NCBI GenBank assembly: GCA_903875045.1
Contig: CAIQUS010000220.1
Span: 784-64,783 of the forward strand
Reading direction: 5' to 3'
DNA length: 64,000 nt
Source: an uncultured Bacteroidales bacterium
Lineage (GTDB): Bacteria; Bacteroidota; Bacteroidia; Bacteroidales; FEN-979
The stretch's first letter is position 1. Every line of letters begins with the position of its first letter. Positions 25,880-35,228 of this stretch are shown piece after piece. Position numbers and translations under genes: made by a program. The notes below the pieces were generated by a model, which was not told the DNA's origin, did not search any database, and saw nothing but the letters and a program-made list of their open reading frames with translations.

Positions 25880-26791
25880 TTACAAAAAGAACATCGCCAC
25901 CCCCGACACAGCCAGCAATGCTCCGGCTACTTCCTTTAACGTTACCTTTTCTTTGTATAGTATCATGGAGGGTGGAATTATCAGTACCGGAACAATGGCC
26001 ATGATGGTAGATGCAATCCCGGTATCCGCGTATTTGATTGAAATCAGTGAAAAAGAGACTCCCAGGAAGGGACCAAAAAAAGCCCCCAGTGAAAGCTGCA
26101 GCATGGGTTTACGGTTGCTGAGTGCCCGGAAGGCATGTTTCCAGAATCCCATGATGGTAAATAAAACAGCGAAACCTGCGATGCCTGCAATGACCCGGAT
26201 TTGGGTTGATGCGAATGAATCATAACCCTGCATACCGATTTTGCTGAGTACAAGCCCTGCAGCCTGTCCCAGTGCCCCGCCAAGTCCAAGGAGAATTCCC
26301 CAGAGCGGATAATTGAACTTGACCTTTCTGAAACCGCCGTTGCTCTCTGCTGCAGTATGTCGTTTCAGTACCACGAGTGCAATGCCCGATATGGTGAGAG
26401 CCATGCCAATCCAGCTTTTCCAGGATAGCGTTTCCCCCAGAACCAGCCATCCGATCAGTGCAGTCATAGGAGGGGCAAGGGCCATCAGGAGCATCGAAAT
26501 GCGGGCACCTACCACCACAAAGGCCTGAAAAAGGCACAAATCGCCAAAAACGAACCCGATCAACCCCGAAAGTGTCAGATAAAACCAGGCGTTTGGTGTC
26601 GCATCCAGGGGGAGCAGGGATCCCCGGTAAAAATAGACAAACAAGGTCAGGAATGAAAAACCTACCATTAAACGCAGCAGATTAACCACCATGGAACCGA
26701 TTTTGCGGCTGGCAGCTTCGAAAGCCAGCGCTGTGATGGTCCAGAAAACGGCTGTAAGCAGGGCGGCTAATTCGCCGGGATGGTTTATCAA
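25880..26791 (-). CDS. EamA/DMT-family transporter
   Basis: Ten hydrophobic segments in two repeated EamA-like halves; 303 aa. Confidence 0.75.
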   Translation of the reverse strand: MINHPGELAALLTAVFWTITALAFEAASRKIGSMVVNLLRLMVGFSFLTLFVYFYRGSLLPLDATPNAWFYLTLSGLIGFVFGDLCLFQAFVVVGARISMLLMALAPPMTALIGWLVLGETLSWKSWIGMALTISGIALVVLKRHTAAESNGGFRKVKFNYPLWGILLGLGGALGQAAGLVLSKIGMQGYDSFASTQIRVIAGIAGFAVLFTIMGFWKHAFRALSNRKPMLQLSLGAFFGPFLGVSFSLISIKYADTGIASTIMAIVPVLIIPPSMILYKEKVTLKEVAGALLAVSGVAMFFL

Positions 26792-26807
26792 GATTTATTC
26801 CTCCATG

Positions 26808-28100
26808 TTATCGGCCGGCAAGCCAGGTTTCAGGATTCTGAATTACTTTGCCGCGCCATAGTTCAAAATGCAACTCTGATTTTTGATCCCCGGAATTGAC
26901 ATGAACCTTTCCGATGGTTTGTTTCACGCTAACCTCTTGTCCGTCTTTCACAGTCACCTCATCAAGATTGGAATAGACCGTGAGATATTCTCCATGGCGG
27001 ATAATCACCACATTGTTAAGGCTTGGGAATGACATCACCCTGCTCACCTTGCCCCCAAAAACTGATTTAACAGGCGAACCAACCTCCGTCATGATATCGA
27101 TGCCATTGTTTTTTACCTTGACATGTTCCAGCACGGGATGAGCATGTTCGCCAAAACTGCCCGAAACGAATCCGCGGTCGCATGGCCACGGCAGACGGCC
27201 ACGGTTTGCCGAGAATGAAGATGACAATTCCTTCTCTTTTGGGGTAAAATCCATGGTTGCAGGAATACCATCCGATTTAGATGTACCGGTTGATTTCTTC
27301 TCCTTTGTCTCCTTTTTCCGGGCCCTGTTTTCAGAAGCTTTGATGTCGTCGGCTATCAGCTTTTCAATGGCATTTTCGAGACGTTTGGCAGCCTGCTGCT
27401 TTGTTTTTAAAGTTGCCAGCAATTGTTTTTCCCTCGAAGAGAGCTCTTTCACCGCATTGGCTTTCTCGGTTTTTTCCTTGTCAAGTTTCTGTTTCTCCGA
27501 CACTTTTGAAAGAACCAGGTTGAGTTTTTGACTCTTCACCTGTTCAAGGTCCCTGCGATGGCCGCTGATGGCTTTCTGTGTTGATTCGATACGTGTTGCC
27601 TGTTGGCGGCGATAGGATGCGTACTGCTGGTAATATCTCAGACGCTGGTAGGCCTGGTTAAAATCCCTGGCTGAAAAAATAAACATCAGCTTATTATGGC
27701 CGTTCATGGTACGGTAGGCGTAACAAATCATCCGGGCATACTCCGTTTTAAGGTCGCGAAGTTGTTTCGACAGCCGGTAGATCTGAATACTGTCAACAGC
27801 CATGGTCACCTGAACATCGTTCAACTCACGGTTGATGTTATTTATCAATGCTTCACGGCTTTTAATCTGTTTTGCCAGAAGTTGCAGCCTGTTCAAGGAT
27901 GTCTCTTTGTTTTTCTGCGTTTTTTTCAGCAGGTCGGTTGTATAACGAATCTCCTCTTCAAGCTTCTGTTTTGTGCGTTGTAACTTATCCTTGTCCTTTG
28001 AAGATTGAGCATAACCCGAAGTAATCTGAATCAGGAATAACCCCATCAGCAACCATGTTGCATGCTTTATATTGCAGAAGGTAAACACCCTTGTAATCAT
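26808..28100 (-). CDS. Coiled-coil M23 peptidase (EnvC-like murein hydrolase activator / endopeptidase)
   Basis: Signal peptide and a long Q/K/E-rich coiled coil. The C-terminal M23 domain has NNGIDIMTEVGSPVKSV..G.V...........VIIRHGEYLTVYSNL. Confidence 0.8.
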   Translation of the reverse strand: MITRVFTFCNIKHATWLLMGLFLIQITSGYAQSSKDKDKLQRTKQKLEEEIRYTTDLLKKTQKNKETSLNRLQLLAKQIKSREALINNINRELNDVQVTMAVDSIQIYRLSKQLRDLKTEYARMICYAYRTMNGHNKLMFIFSARDFNQAYQRLRYYQQYASYRRQQATRIESTQKAISGHRRDLEQVKSQKLNLVLSKVSEKQKLDKEKTEKANAVKELSSREKQLLATLKTKQQAAKRLENAIEKLIADDIKASENRARKKETKEKKSTGTSKSDGIPATMDFTPKEKELSSSFSANRGRLPWPCDRGFVSGSFGEHAHPVLEHVKVKNNGIDIMTEVGSPVKSVFGGKVSRVMSFPSLNNVVIIRHGEYLTVYSNLDEVTVKDGQEVSVKQTIGKVHVNSGDQKSELHFELWRGKVIQNPETWLAGR

Positions 28101-28111
28101 CGGAAAAGGTT

Positions 28112-28942
28112 TTATTTAACCGGCTGATAACTTGCAGGAATTTTGAACGGAAACTGCATGGGAATGTTGATGATCATTTTTGAAAAATCAAGGTTGACCC
28201 TGATGGTGTTATCCGCCCAGATAATGTAATTCATTTTCCTGGGAAAAAGTTGGTCACCCAGCGATTCAAAGGAACTATATGTTGACTCCAGTTTGATGTT
28301 ATCGCGGCGGATTTCTTTCACATCGGCATGGGTGATTTTGAAATTTACCGGATCAAGCCAGATGTTCTGGATAAAAATCTTCAGGTTTTCCTGGTTGTTA
28401 CGGACAAATTTTTTCAACTTTTGCCGTTCTCCGGTCGACAATTTATACTCACCACGATCGATGGAGGCGCGGAATTTTCCACCCTCATAAAACTGCAGAT
28501 CATTGCCAAGCAGAAACGCCTGCAACAGGTCAAAGTCAATGTTGGTATTCAGAAAACGGTTCACATATTCATAATCGCCGATAAAATAGGTGTCATTGAG
28601 CCGGTTCATCAACTTCACCGAGTCCTGCGAAATCATCAGCCTGACGGCCTCAATGCCAAGCATGGGGGTTAGCGAAATCCAGATAAGGCTGTCCTTTCTG
28701 ATGCGAATTTGCCCGCTGAACGAGTTTTCCTTTCCCTTGTTCGAATATTCAGCTGAAAACTTTGCCGAAAACCAATCGAATTTCAACTCTTTCTCTTTCA
28801 GTTTGGCAAATAAGAAATCCGCCCCCTCCTCTTTGATTGGGGCTTTCATTACTTTTCGTGCAGGGCTGCAGGAGGTTATAAAAAAAAATGGAGCCAGCAA
28901 TAACAATATCAGCAGGCGAAAATGTTGGAGGTAAATCATCAT
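28112..28942 (-). CDS. DUF4292-like (LolB-like) lipoprotein
   Basis: Lipobox ITSC. Its position between the TPR and M23 genes matches the conserved Bacteroidota arrangement. Confidence 0.55.
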   Translation of the reverse strand: MMIYLQHFRLLILLLLAPFFFITSCSPARKVMKAPIKEEGADFLFAKLKEKELKFDWFSAKFSAEYSNKGKENSFSGQIRIRKDSLIWISLTPMLGIEAVRLMISQDSVKLMNRLNDTYFIGDYEYVNRFLNTNIDFDLLQAFLLGNDLQFYEGGKFRASIDRGEYKLSTGERQKLKKFVRNNQENLKIFIQNIWLDPVNFKITHADVKEIRRDNIKLESTYSSFESLGDQLFPRKMNYIIWADNTIRVNLDFSKMIINIPMQFPFKIPASYQPVK

Positions 28943-28945
28943 GGG

Positions 28946-30727
28946 CTATTGGTAATATTTTTTTTCGGTGACCTTTTTTTGAAGAAGATCAGATCCTGGC
29001 CCCTTTTGCATGGCTTTCACCCAATATTCATGGGCCCCGGTTTCATCGCCAAGCTTGTAAAGCACATCGCCGTAATGCTCCAGCACTTCAGCACTCGGTT
29101 CTTCTTTGTTTTGTATTGCTTTTAAAATCCATTCGGCAGCCTCTTTATATTTTTTCTGTTTAAACAGCACCCAGCCATAAGTATCCTGGAAAGAGGCATT
29201 TTCCGGATCAAGGGTTACTGCTTTTTTGGCCATTTTCTCCGCCTTGTCAAGATCTTCGCCAAGCAGGGACAAATAGTAGGCATAGTTGTTCAGCACATAA
29301 CTGTTGTCATCTTTCAGTTTGATTGACCGTTCGTAAGCCATGAATGCATCCGGATCTTTTTTCATGCCATGCAAGGCGTCGCCCTGATACATGTAAAACT
29401 GGGCCAGCAGTTCATTGTTGTCGACCACAAGATTTGCACCACCGGCCAGTGCTTTCAATGCAGCCTCATTGTTTTTCAATTGCAGCTGGGCCAAACCGGC
29501 AAAGAGAAAGGGAAGAGGCTGATCGGGAAAAAGTTCAATGGCTTTGTTGCTATAGGTAACCAGGTGATCAAATTCATTCGATTGGAGGTCGAGCTGAAGT
29601 ACCTGTTCCCAAACAGCATACCTGCTGCTGTCTAAAGACAACACCTTGATAAATGCCTCCCTTGCCTCAGGAAATTTCTTATCCTGTACCAGCAGATCAC
29701 CATAAATGGAATAGACTTTGGGGTCTTTGGGATGGGTTTCGATGAGAATTTTGGATAAAGTAAATGCCTGGTCTTTCAAATCGTTATAAATCTGATTGAC
29801 GGTGTAAAAAGAAAGAAGAATATTTACTTTGGTATCCACGTCAAGGTTTGGATTCCCAAAACCCAGTTTAAGCTCATCGAAGGCCTTTTCCTTATTTCCT
29901 GTTTTACGGTAATAGTCGGCCATCGACATGTGAATATAGGCATTGTCGGGATCCATCACTGCAATTTTCTGATAGGTAGCCAGTGCTTTATCCTGCATAT
30001 TGTTTGCCATATAAAACTCAGCAAGGATTGAATAATATCGGGGTTCATCCGGGAAAGCGGCAATCAGTTTCTGAATCTCGCGTTCAGCCCCTTTCAGGTC
30101 ATTGAGGTGCAGATAAATTTTTTGTTTTTGAAGGATAATATCTTCCGCGACACCTGTTTTTTCATCAATTTGATTATAAATTTTGATGGCATCCGGGTAT
30201 TTTTCCACCTGGAGGTACAAGGCGGCAAGCTGGTAAAGATAATCGAGGTTTCCGGGGTATTTGGCAATCAGTTTTTCATAAATGTCAATGGCATCATCGA
30301 ATTGAGCAGTACCCTGGCAGAGTTCGGCAAGGAAAAGCGAATACCAGATGTTCCCGGGATCGAGTTTGACAGCCAGGCGGCACAATCTGACCGACTCACC
30401 GGCATTTTTTTGTTCCGCTTCCAATCTTGCCAGTTCGAAATATCCCACCGCATCATCAGGATACCGGTTAATATACTGGCGAAACAGATCCAACGCTCCT
30501 TTGATATTTCCGATGATGGCCTCCTTTTTTGCATCGATCAGCATTCCCGGATTGCCGTATTTAAAAACCTCACTCCCTGTTTGTCCTTTTTTTGATTTTT
30601 TCTTATCCTTCTTCTGGTGGTCGGGCATGCTGAACCCGGAAACCGGCGCAACATCATTTTTGGGAATGGCATTGGCCATATTGCCAAAAAACGATAAGCA
30701 AAGTATGATAATTACGAATACCCTCAT
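28946..30727 (-). CDS. Tetratricopeptide repeat protein
   Basis: Signal peptide MRVFVIIILCLSFFGNMANA (ATG at 30727). Many TPR units with A..Y...L...P patterns. Confidence 0.8.
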   Translation of the reverse strand: MRVFVIIILCLSFFGNMANAIPKNDVAPVSGFSMPDHQKKDKKKSKKGQTGSEVFKYGNPGMLIDAKKEAIIGNIKGALDLFRQYINRYPDDAVGYFELARLEAEQKNAGESVRLCRLAVKLDPGNIWYSLFLAELCQGTAQFDDAIDIYEKLIAKYPGNLDYLYQLAALYLQVEKYPDAIKIYNQIDEKTGVAEDIILQKQKIYLHLNDLKGAEREIQKLIAAFPDEPRYYSILAEFYMANNMQDKALATYQKIAVMDPDNAYIHMSMADYYRKTGNKEKAFDELKLGFGNPNLDVDTKVNILLSFYTVNQIYNDLKDQAFTLSKILIETHPKDPKVYSIYGDLLVQDKKFPEAREAFIKVLSLDSSRYAVWEQVLQLDLQSNEFDHLVTYSNKAIELFPDQPLPFLFAGLAQLQLKNNEAALKALAGGANLVVDNNELLAQFYMYQGDALHGMKKDPDAFMAYERSIKLKDDNSYVLNNYAYYLSLLGEDLDKAEKMAKKAVTLDPENASFQDTYGWVLFKQKKYKEAAEWILKAIQNKEEPSAEVLEHYGDVLYKLGDETGAHEYWVKAMQKGPGSDLLQKKVTEKKYYQ

Positions 30728-30730
30728 CTT

Positions 30731-30757
30731 CAATTTTCAATTTTCAATTTTCAATTA
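30731..30757. repeat. (CAATTTT) x3.8 heptanucleotide repeat in the dut-TPR spacer
   Basis: The sequence is caattttcaattttcaattttcaatta. It overlaps the dut stop codon. Confidence 0.8.
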
Positions 30758-31189
30758 CTCCGTTCCGGTGTGCCCAAATCCGCCGGCGCCCCGCTGTGTT
30801 TCAGCCAGTTCATCTACTTCGGTCCATTCCGCTTTTTCATGGGCGGCAATGACCATTTGTGCAATTCGTTCACCATTGCGGATGACAAATTCCTCCGTCG
30901 ATAAATTAATCAGGATTACTTTGATTTCGCCCCGATAATCGGAATCAATCGTTCCGGGCGTATTGAGCAGGGTAATCCCTTTTTTGATGGCCAGCCCGCT
31001 GCGTGGCCTGATCTGGGCTTCAAATCCCATCGGGATTTCAACAAATAAACCTGTTGGGACAAGTATCCGCTCAAGTGGTTTAAGCACAATATCGGCATCA
31101 AGGAAAGCGCGAAGGTCCATCCCGGCAGAAGCAACGGTTTCGTATGCAGGCAATGGATGAGTGGAGTGGTTGACAATCCTGATCTTCAT
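30755..31189 (-). CDS. dut: dUTP diphosphatase
   Basis: MKIRIV...[33 protein letters not shown] and [10 protein letters not shown] are the dUTPase motifs. Confidence 0.95.
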   Translation of the reverse strand: MKIRIVNHSTHPLPAYETVASAGMDLRAFLDADIVLKPLERILVPTGLFVEIPMGFEAQIRPRSGLAIKKGITLLNTPGTIDSDYRGEIKVILINLSTEEFVIRNGERIAQMVIAAHEKAEWTEVDELAETQRGAGGFGHTGTE

Positions 31190-31227
31190 GGCAGTTTGTA
31201 TGGCTGCAAAGGTAATAAAAATCCTGA

Positions 31228-32727
31228 TTACCGGGAAGTAATGGCCCGGGGCTTTTCGATGAGGTATGCGACAACGGCAAAAACACACAGCAGGAAAGTA
31301 TGAAAAATGATCCGCAGGAACAAACTGTCAGGCAAGATATAGATACTTACTGTGTAGAGCAGGATTGCAAGGCCAAGGTAACCGAAAAACCGGCTGAGGT
31401 TGTATTTCACCGGGAAAAAGTGTTGACCGGCCAGGTATGAAATGACCATCATCGAACCATAGCAAATGAAGGTAGCCCAGGCGGATCCAAGGTATCCATG
31501 TACCAGATGGTCAGTACCCAGCGGGATCCACCAGAAATTCAGCACCAGTGTGATGATGGCCCCGAAAATCGAAAGCAAGGCTCCCCAGATGGTCTTTGAG
31601 GTAAGTTTGTACCAGATCGAGAGGTTATAATAAACCCCGAGGAAAAGGTTGGCCATCATCAGGATGGGAATGACCGCCTTGCCCTCCCAATAATTTTTCC
31701 CGATGAGGTACCGCATGATAAAATCGTCGAGATAAACCATGGTCGCCAGGAATATGAAGGATACAACGATGATGAAATAATCCATGATCCTGGCATATAA
31801 TATTTTGGCATCTTTTTCTTTGGCTGCTGCAAAGAAAAATGGTTCGGCAGCGTACTTGTAAGCCTGTATGAAAATAGTCATCAGGATGGAAATCTTATAA
31901 CAGGCGCTGTAGATGCCAACCTGGTATGCAGCAATATCTTTGGGTAACAGGTACCGGAGCAGCAAGCGGTCGAAGGTTTCGTTTATCATTCCCGCCATTC
32001 CCGCAAAAAGCAGGGGAAAAGCATAAATGAGCATTGTTTTCAATAACTTCGGATCCAGTTTCCATTTCATTCCGGTAAACTGTGGAATTAACAGGATGAG
32101 TGTAAGTGAACTGGCAACCAGGTTTGAAATAAATATGTATGCAATGCCCCAGTCCGGACGGTAAATCAATTGAATGAACCCGTTGATCAGGGGCCACGAC
32201 TGCTGTTTGAGTGCGAACGGGCAAAAAAGCAAAAAAAAGAGGTTTAGGCCGAAGTTGACAAGGATATTGGTCATATTGATGGCCACGAAGCGGATGGCTC
32301 TGTTCTCGGCCCTGAGCCTGGCAAAAGGGATTTTGGAAAGGGCGTCCAAAGAAAGGAACCAGGCAAACCATGATACATATTCGGGATGATCGGGATAGTC
32401 GATCCAACCGGCAATGGATTGTGCAAAGACTGATGAAAGGGTAAGGAACAACAAAGATGAAAAAATCAATGAGATCATCCCTGTGCTGAACACCTTTTCT
32501 TTATTTTGTTCGCTCTCGTTGAATTTGAAAAAAGCTGTTTCCATGCCGTAGGTCAGAATGACCGTAAGGAAAGCGGCATAAGCAAAAAACACGCTGACCG
32601 TTCCGTATTCTGCCGGTAAAAATACCCGTGTATAGAGCGGCACCAGTAAATATCCGAGGATGCGGCCAAGCACACTTGACAATCCGTAAATGGCTGTTTG
32701 CCCGGCAAGTTTTTTAAAGGGATTCAT
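31228..32727 (-). CDS. MOP-superfamily polysaccharide/oligosaccharide flippase
   Basis: About 14 hydrophobic segments. The N-terminus, [35 protein letters not shown], is typical of Wzx-like Bacteroidota proteins. Confidence 0.7.
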   Translation of the reverse strand: MNPFKKLAGQTAIYGLSSVLGRILGYLLVPLYTRVFLPAEYGTVSVFFAYAAFLTVILTYGMETAFFKFNESEQNKEKVFSTGMISLIFSSLLFLTLSSVFAQSIAGWIDYPDHPEYVSWFAWFLSLDALSKIPFARLRAENRAIRFVAINMTNILVNFGLNLFFLLFCPFALKQQSWPLINGFIQLIYRPDWGIAYIFISNLVASSLTLILLIPQFTGMKWKLDPKLLKTMLIYAFPLLFAGMAGMINETFDRLLLRYLLPKDIAAYQVGIYSACYKISILMTIFIQAYKYAAEPFFFAAAKEKDAKILYARIMDYFIIVVSFIFLATMVYLDDFIMRYLIGKNYWEGKAVIPILMMANLFLGVYYNLSIWYKLTSKTIWGALLSIFGAIITLVLNFWWIPLGTDHLVHGYLGSAWATFICYGSMMVISYLAGQHFFPVKYNLSRFFGYLGLAILLYTVSIYILPDSLFLRIIFHTFLLCVFAVVAYLIEKPRAITSR

Positions 32728-32739
32728 TGGCGCAAAGAT

Positions 32740-33039
32740 ACCAAAATTGCGCATCCTTTAAAATTGCGCACCTACGGAGCGCAGGTTTTGTGAATTGTTT
32801 GCGGGCTACCAGATTTTGGCTCCTACGGAGCCAGGAGATGAAATAAATATGCGGAATCCCAATACAAGGCAACCACGGAGCCGGGTGATGGGACAAATAT
32901 GCGGGTTACCTTATCAGGGCAATCACAGAGCCGGTTTTTGGAACAACTACGCGGATTTCCGGAATTTGTCTGTCACGAAGCCGGGTCCTTTGGAATATTT
33001 GTTTTTTTATCCGTAAGATTGGCAGCAAGCTTTTCGCTC
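32740..33039. repeat. Tandem array with an exact 50-bp period (about 6 units, decaying), core hairpin GGCTCC-TAC-GGAGCC
   Basis: The ACGGAGC-type core recurs at 32774, 32824, 32874, 32924 and 32974. A second conserved block, GCGG(R)NTNCC, recurs at 32801, 32851, 32901 and 32951. Confidence 0.8.
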
Positions 33040-33044
33040 CGTAG

Positions 33045-33100
33045 AAGGGTTATTCTGGTAGCCATTATGATATCCCGGACCATTCGCTCCGTAGGAGCGA
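33045..33100. repeat. Two inverted-orientation copies of the same core (GCTCCGTA), including the hairpin TCGCTCC-GTA-GGAGCGA
   Basis: cgctccgtag lies at 33045-33054. The perfect 7-bp-stem hairpin lies at 33084-33100. Confidence 0.7.
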
Positions 33101-33154
33101 AATTACAAGGGTTGGAAGGTTACAAAAATGTATTTTTGCACGATAATCTGAACA

Positions 33155-33787
33155 ATGCCAAAAAACACATGCTACGTTGTATGGAAGGGCAAAAAACCCG
33201 GGATCTATCAAAGCTGGGCCGATTGCAAAAAACAGGTTGAAGGTTTTACCGGAGCCATCTACAAAGGATTTCCGACCGCTGAACTTGCAAAAAGCGCTTT
33301 GAATGACGACCCGCGAAAATACATGACAAAAGGGCTGAATGCCCCGAAAAAAGTTGTCTGTTCCAATCCGCTGGTCGGGGAACCCATTGCCGACAGCATT
33401 TGCACCGATGCCGCATGTGCAGGTAATCCGGGGATTCTCGAATACCAGGGGGTTGATACCAAATCAGGTGCTACCCTTTTCCATATAGGCCCCTTTCCCG
33501 AAGGTACGGTAAACCTGGGGGAGTTTCTTGGGATTGTTCATGCTCTGGCATATCTGAAGGAGCGAAACTGTGACTGGCCGGTTTATACCGATTCACGCAC
33601 CGCCATGGCCTGGATCCGAAAAAAAGCCATCAACACCAACCTGGTGGTTTCCCCAAAAAATAAAAAGCTTTTTGAATTGGTCGAAAGAGCGCTCAAATGG
33701 CTCCATGAGAACAAATGGCCTAATAAAATCCTTAAATGGGAGACTGAATACTGGGGAGAGATTCCTGCCGATTTCGGAAGAAAATGA
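33155..33787 (+). CDS. rnhA: Ribonuclease H with an N-terminal hybrid-binding (caulimovirus viroplasmin-like) domain
   Basis: YVVWKGKKPGIYQSWADCKKQVEGFTGAIYKGFPT is the hybrid-binding domain. DAACAGNPG, NLGEFLGIVHAL and YTDS are RNase H catalytic motifs. Confidence 0.8.
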   Translation: MPKNTCYVVWKGKKPGIYQSWADCKKQVEGFTGAIYKGFPTAELAKSALNDDPRKYMTKGLNAPKKVVCSNPLVGEPIADSICTDAACAGNPGILEYQGVDTKSGATLFHIGPFPEGTVNLGEFLGIVHALAYLKERNCDWPVYTDSRTAMAWIRKKAINTNLVVSPKNKKLFELVERALKWLHENKWPNKILKWETEYWGEIPADFGRK

Positions 33788-33790
33788 TCG

Positions 33791-34153
33791 TCAGCGGGTT
33801 GCATAAAATGCATCCACGATATGGTTGATCGTCTCTCCTTCAGGCCTGATCAATACCGTAATGATATCAAACCGCACCTCCCCCTGTTGCCGGTGATAGT
33901 GAACATACGCATTGGCAATACGGATCAAAATTCGTTGCTTGCTTTTTGTAACCGATGTTTCGGGTTCGGCAAAAATATTGGAAGTGCGTGTTTTAACCTC
34001 TACGATCACCACAAAATTGCCATCCCGGGCAATGATATCGATCTCCTCTTTGCCCAGCCGCCAGTTCCGTTCCAGGATGCGGTAGCCTTTCGTTTCCAGG
34101 AGTGCCACAGCAAGCTCTTCGCCCGACTTGCCCAATTCGATATGGTCTTTCAT
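33791..34153 (-). CDS. YraN-family (UPF0102) endonuclease-like protein
   Basis: GKSGEELAVALLETKGYRILERNWR...EIDIIARDGNFVVIVEVKTR is the family signature. Confidence 0.8.
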   Translation of the reverse strand: MKDHIELGKSGEELAVALLETKGYRILERNWRLGKEEIDIIARDGNFVVIVEVKTRTSNIFAEPETSVTKSKQRILIRIANAYVHYHRQQGEVRFDIITVLIRPEGETINHIVDAFYATR

Positions 34154-34231
34154 TAAACAGTTCTTGCATCTTCGAAACATCACGGAGATTGACAGGTTAA
34201 TCGCAGAAAATGCAAAAGGTAATACAAGTTG

Positions 34232-35131
34232 TTAATAAAAAGATAACCTGACCTCTTTATCAACGGTGAAGCTGACCTTCCTGCCCATGATCAGCGCGAG
34301 ATTTGTATCCTGATGTCCCGCAGGAAAATCGTAACAAACCGGAAAGTTGTACTCCCTGACTAAATCAGCGATGATCTCATTGGCTGTTTTTCCAAAGGGG
34401 ATGGTATTATCATTCATCCTGGACATTCCGCCGATGATAAGTCCTTTCAGCTTGCCCAGTTTTCCTGCCCGTTTCAGGCTGATCATCATCCGGTCGATGT
34501 GGTAAAGATATTCATCCACATCTTCCAGGAAAAGAATTTTTCCGGCAGTGTCAGGCTCTGAAGCAGAACCTGTGAGACTGTAAAGGATCGAAAGGTTTCC
34601 GCCGATAAGAACTCCCTCGGCATGGCCTTCGCGCGACAAACCGGATTTTGCAAAGGAATAGGTAATTCGTTTTCCGAAGAGTGCATTCACCATGGTTTGC
34701 AGGTTCTCATCCTGTTTATCACCTCTGATGTTGACCGGCATGACTGAATGAAGGGTTTCAATACCGAATTGCCGGTGAATATGTGCATGAAGGACAGTTG
34801 CGTCGCTGAACCCGGCAATCCATTTCGGATGTTCACAAAAGGCTGAAAAATCGAGTTGATCGATGATCCGTACGGTGCCATATCCTCCGCGGGAACAAAC
34901 GATGGCCCTTATTTGTTCATCATCCAGCGCATGCTGAAAATCCCTGCAGCGTTGTTCATCCGAACCGGCAAACTGGTGTTGCCGGCTGAAAATATAGCTT
35001 CCGAGTATGACCTCCAGATCATTCCTGTGAAAAAATCTGATGGCCGGATGCACCTCCTCAAAGGTGATACTCCTCGCTGGTGAGACAATCGCGATTTTAT
35101 CGCCCGCTTTAAGATAGTCTGGCCGGATCAT
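34232..35131 (-). CDS. LD-carboxypeptidase (peptidase S66)
   Basis: GDKIAIVSPA, CSRGGYG, GFSDATVLH and the C-terminal GH motif (FPAGHQ). Confidence 0.8.
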   Translation of the reverse strand: MIRPDYLKAGDKIAIVSPARSITFEEVHPAIRFFHRNDLEVILGSYIFSRQHQFAGSDEQRCRDFQHALDDEQIRAIVCSRGGYGTVRIIDQLDFSAFCEHPKWIAGFSDATVLHAHIHRQFGIETLHSVMPVNIRGDKQDENLQTMVNALFGKRITYSFAKSGLSREGHAEGVLIGGNLSILYSLTGSASEPDTAGKILFLEDVDEYLYHIDRMMISLKRAGKLGKLKGLIIGGMSRMNDNTIPFGKTANEIIADLVREYNFPVCYDFPAGHQDTNLALIMGRKVSFTVDKEVRLSFY

Positions 35132-35184
35132 GCGCCAAAATTAAAAAAAAAGGAGGTGCCCGGGTAAGGTCTTTTCATTATTCA

Positions 35185-35192
35185 TAACTTTG
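35185..35192 (+). promoter_or_regulatory. -7 box TAACTTTG upstream of metG
   Basis: TAnnTTTG match 37 nt before the ATG at 35229. Confidence 0.4.
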
Positions 35193-35228
35193 TACCTCAC
35201 ATTTAGCCCATTCCCTTAGTCTGATCCC

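Noticed and set aside
32740-33100. Possible CRISPR array, because of a regular 50-bp period with a palindromic core
   Set aside because: The sequences between the cores are also related to one another. The units decay progressively rather than alternating identical repeats with unique spacers. No cas genes are present in the window.
32795-33240. Tracked ORFs 32795-33016 and 32899-33240
   Set aside because: They are translations of the 50-bp repeat array, with low-complexity, repeat-derived sequence. The real gene (rnhA) starts at 33155.
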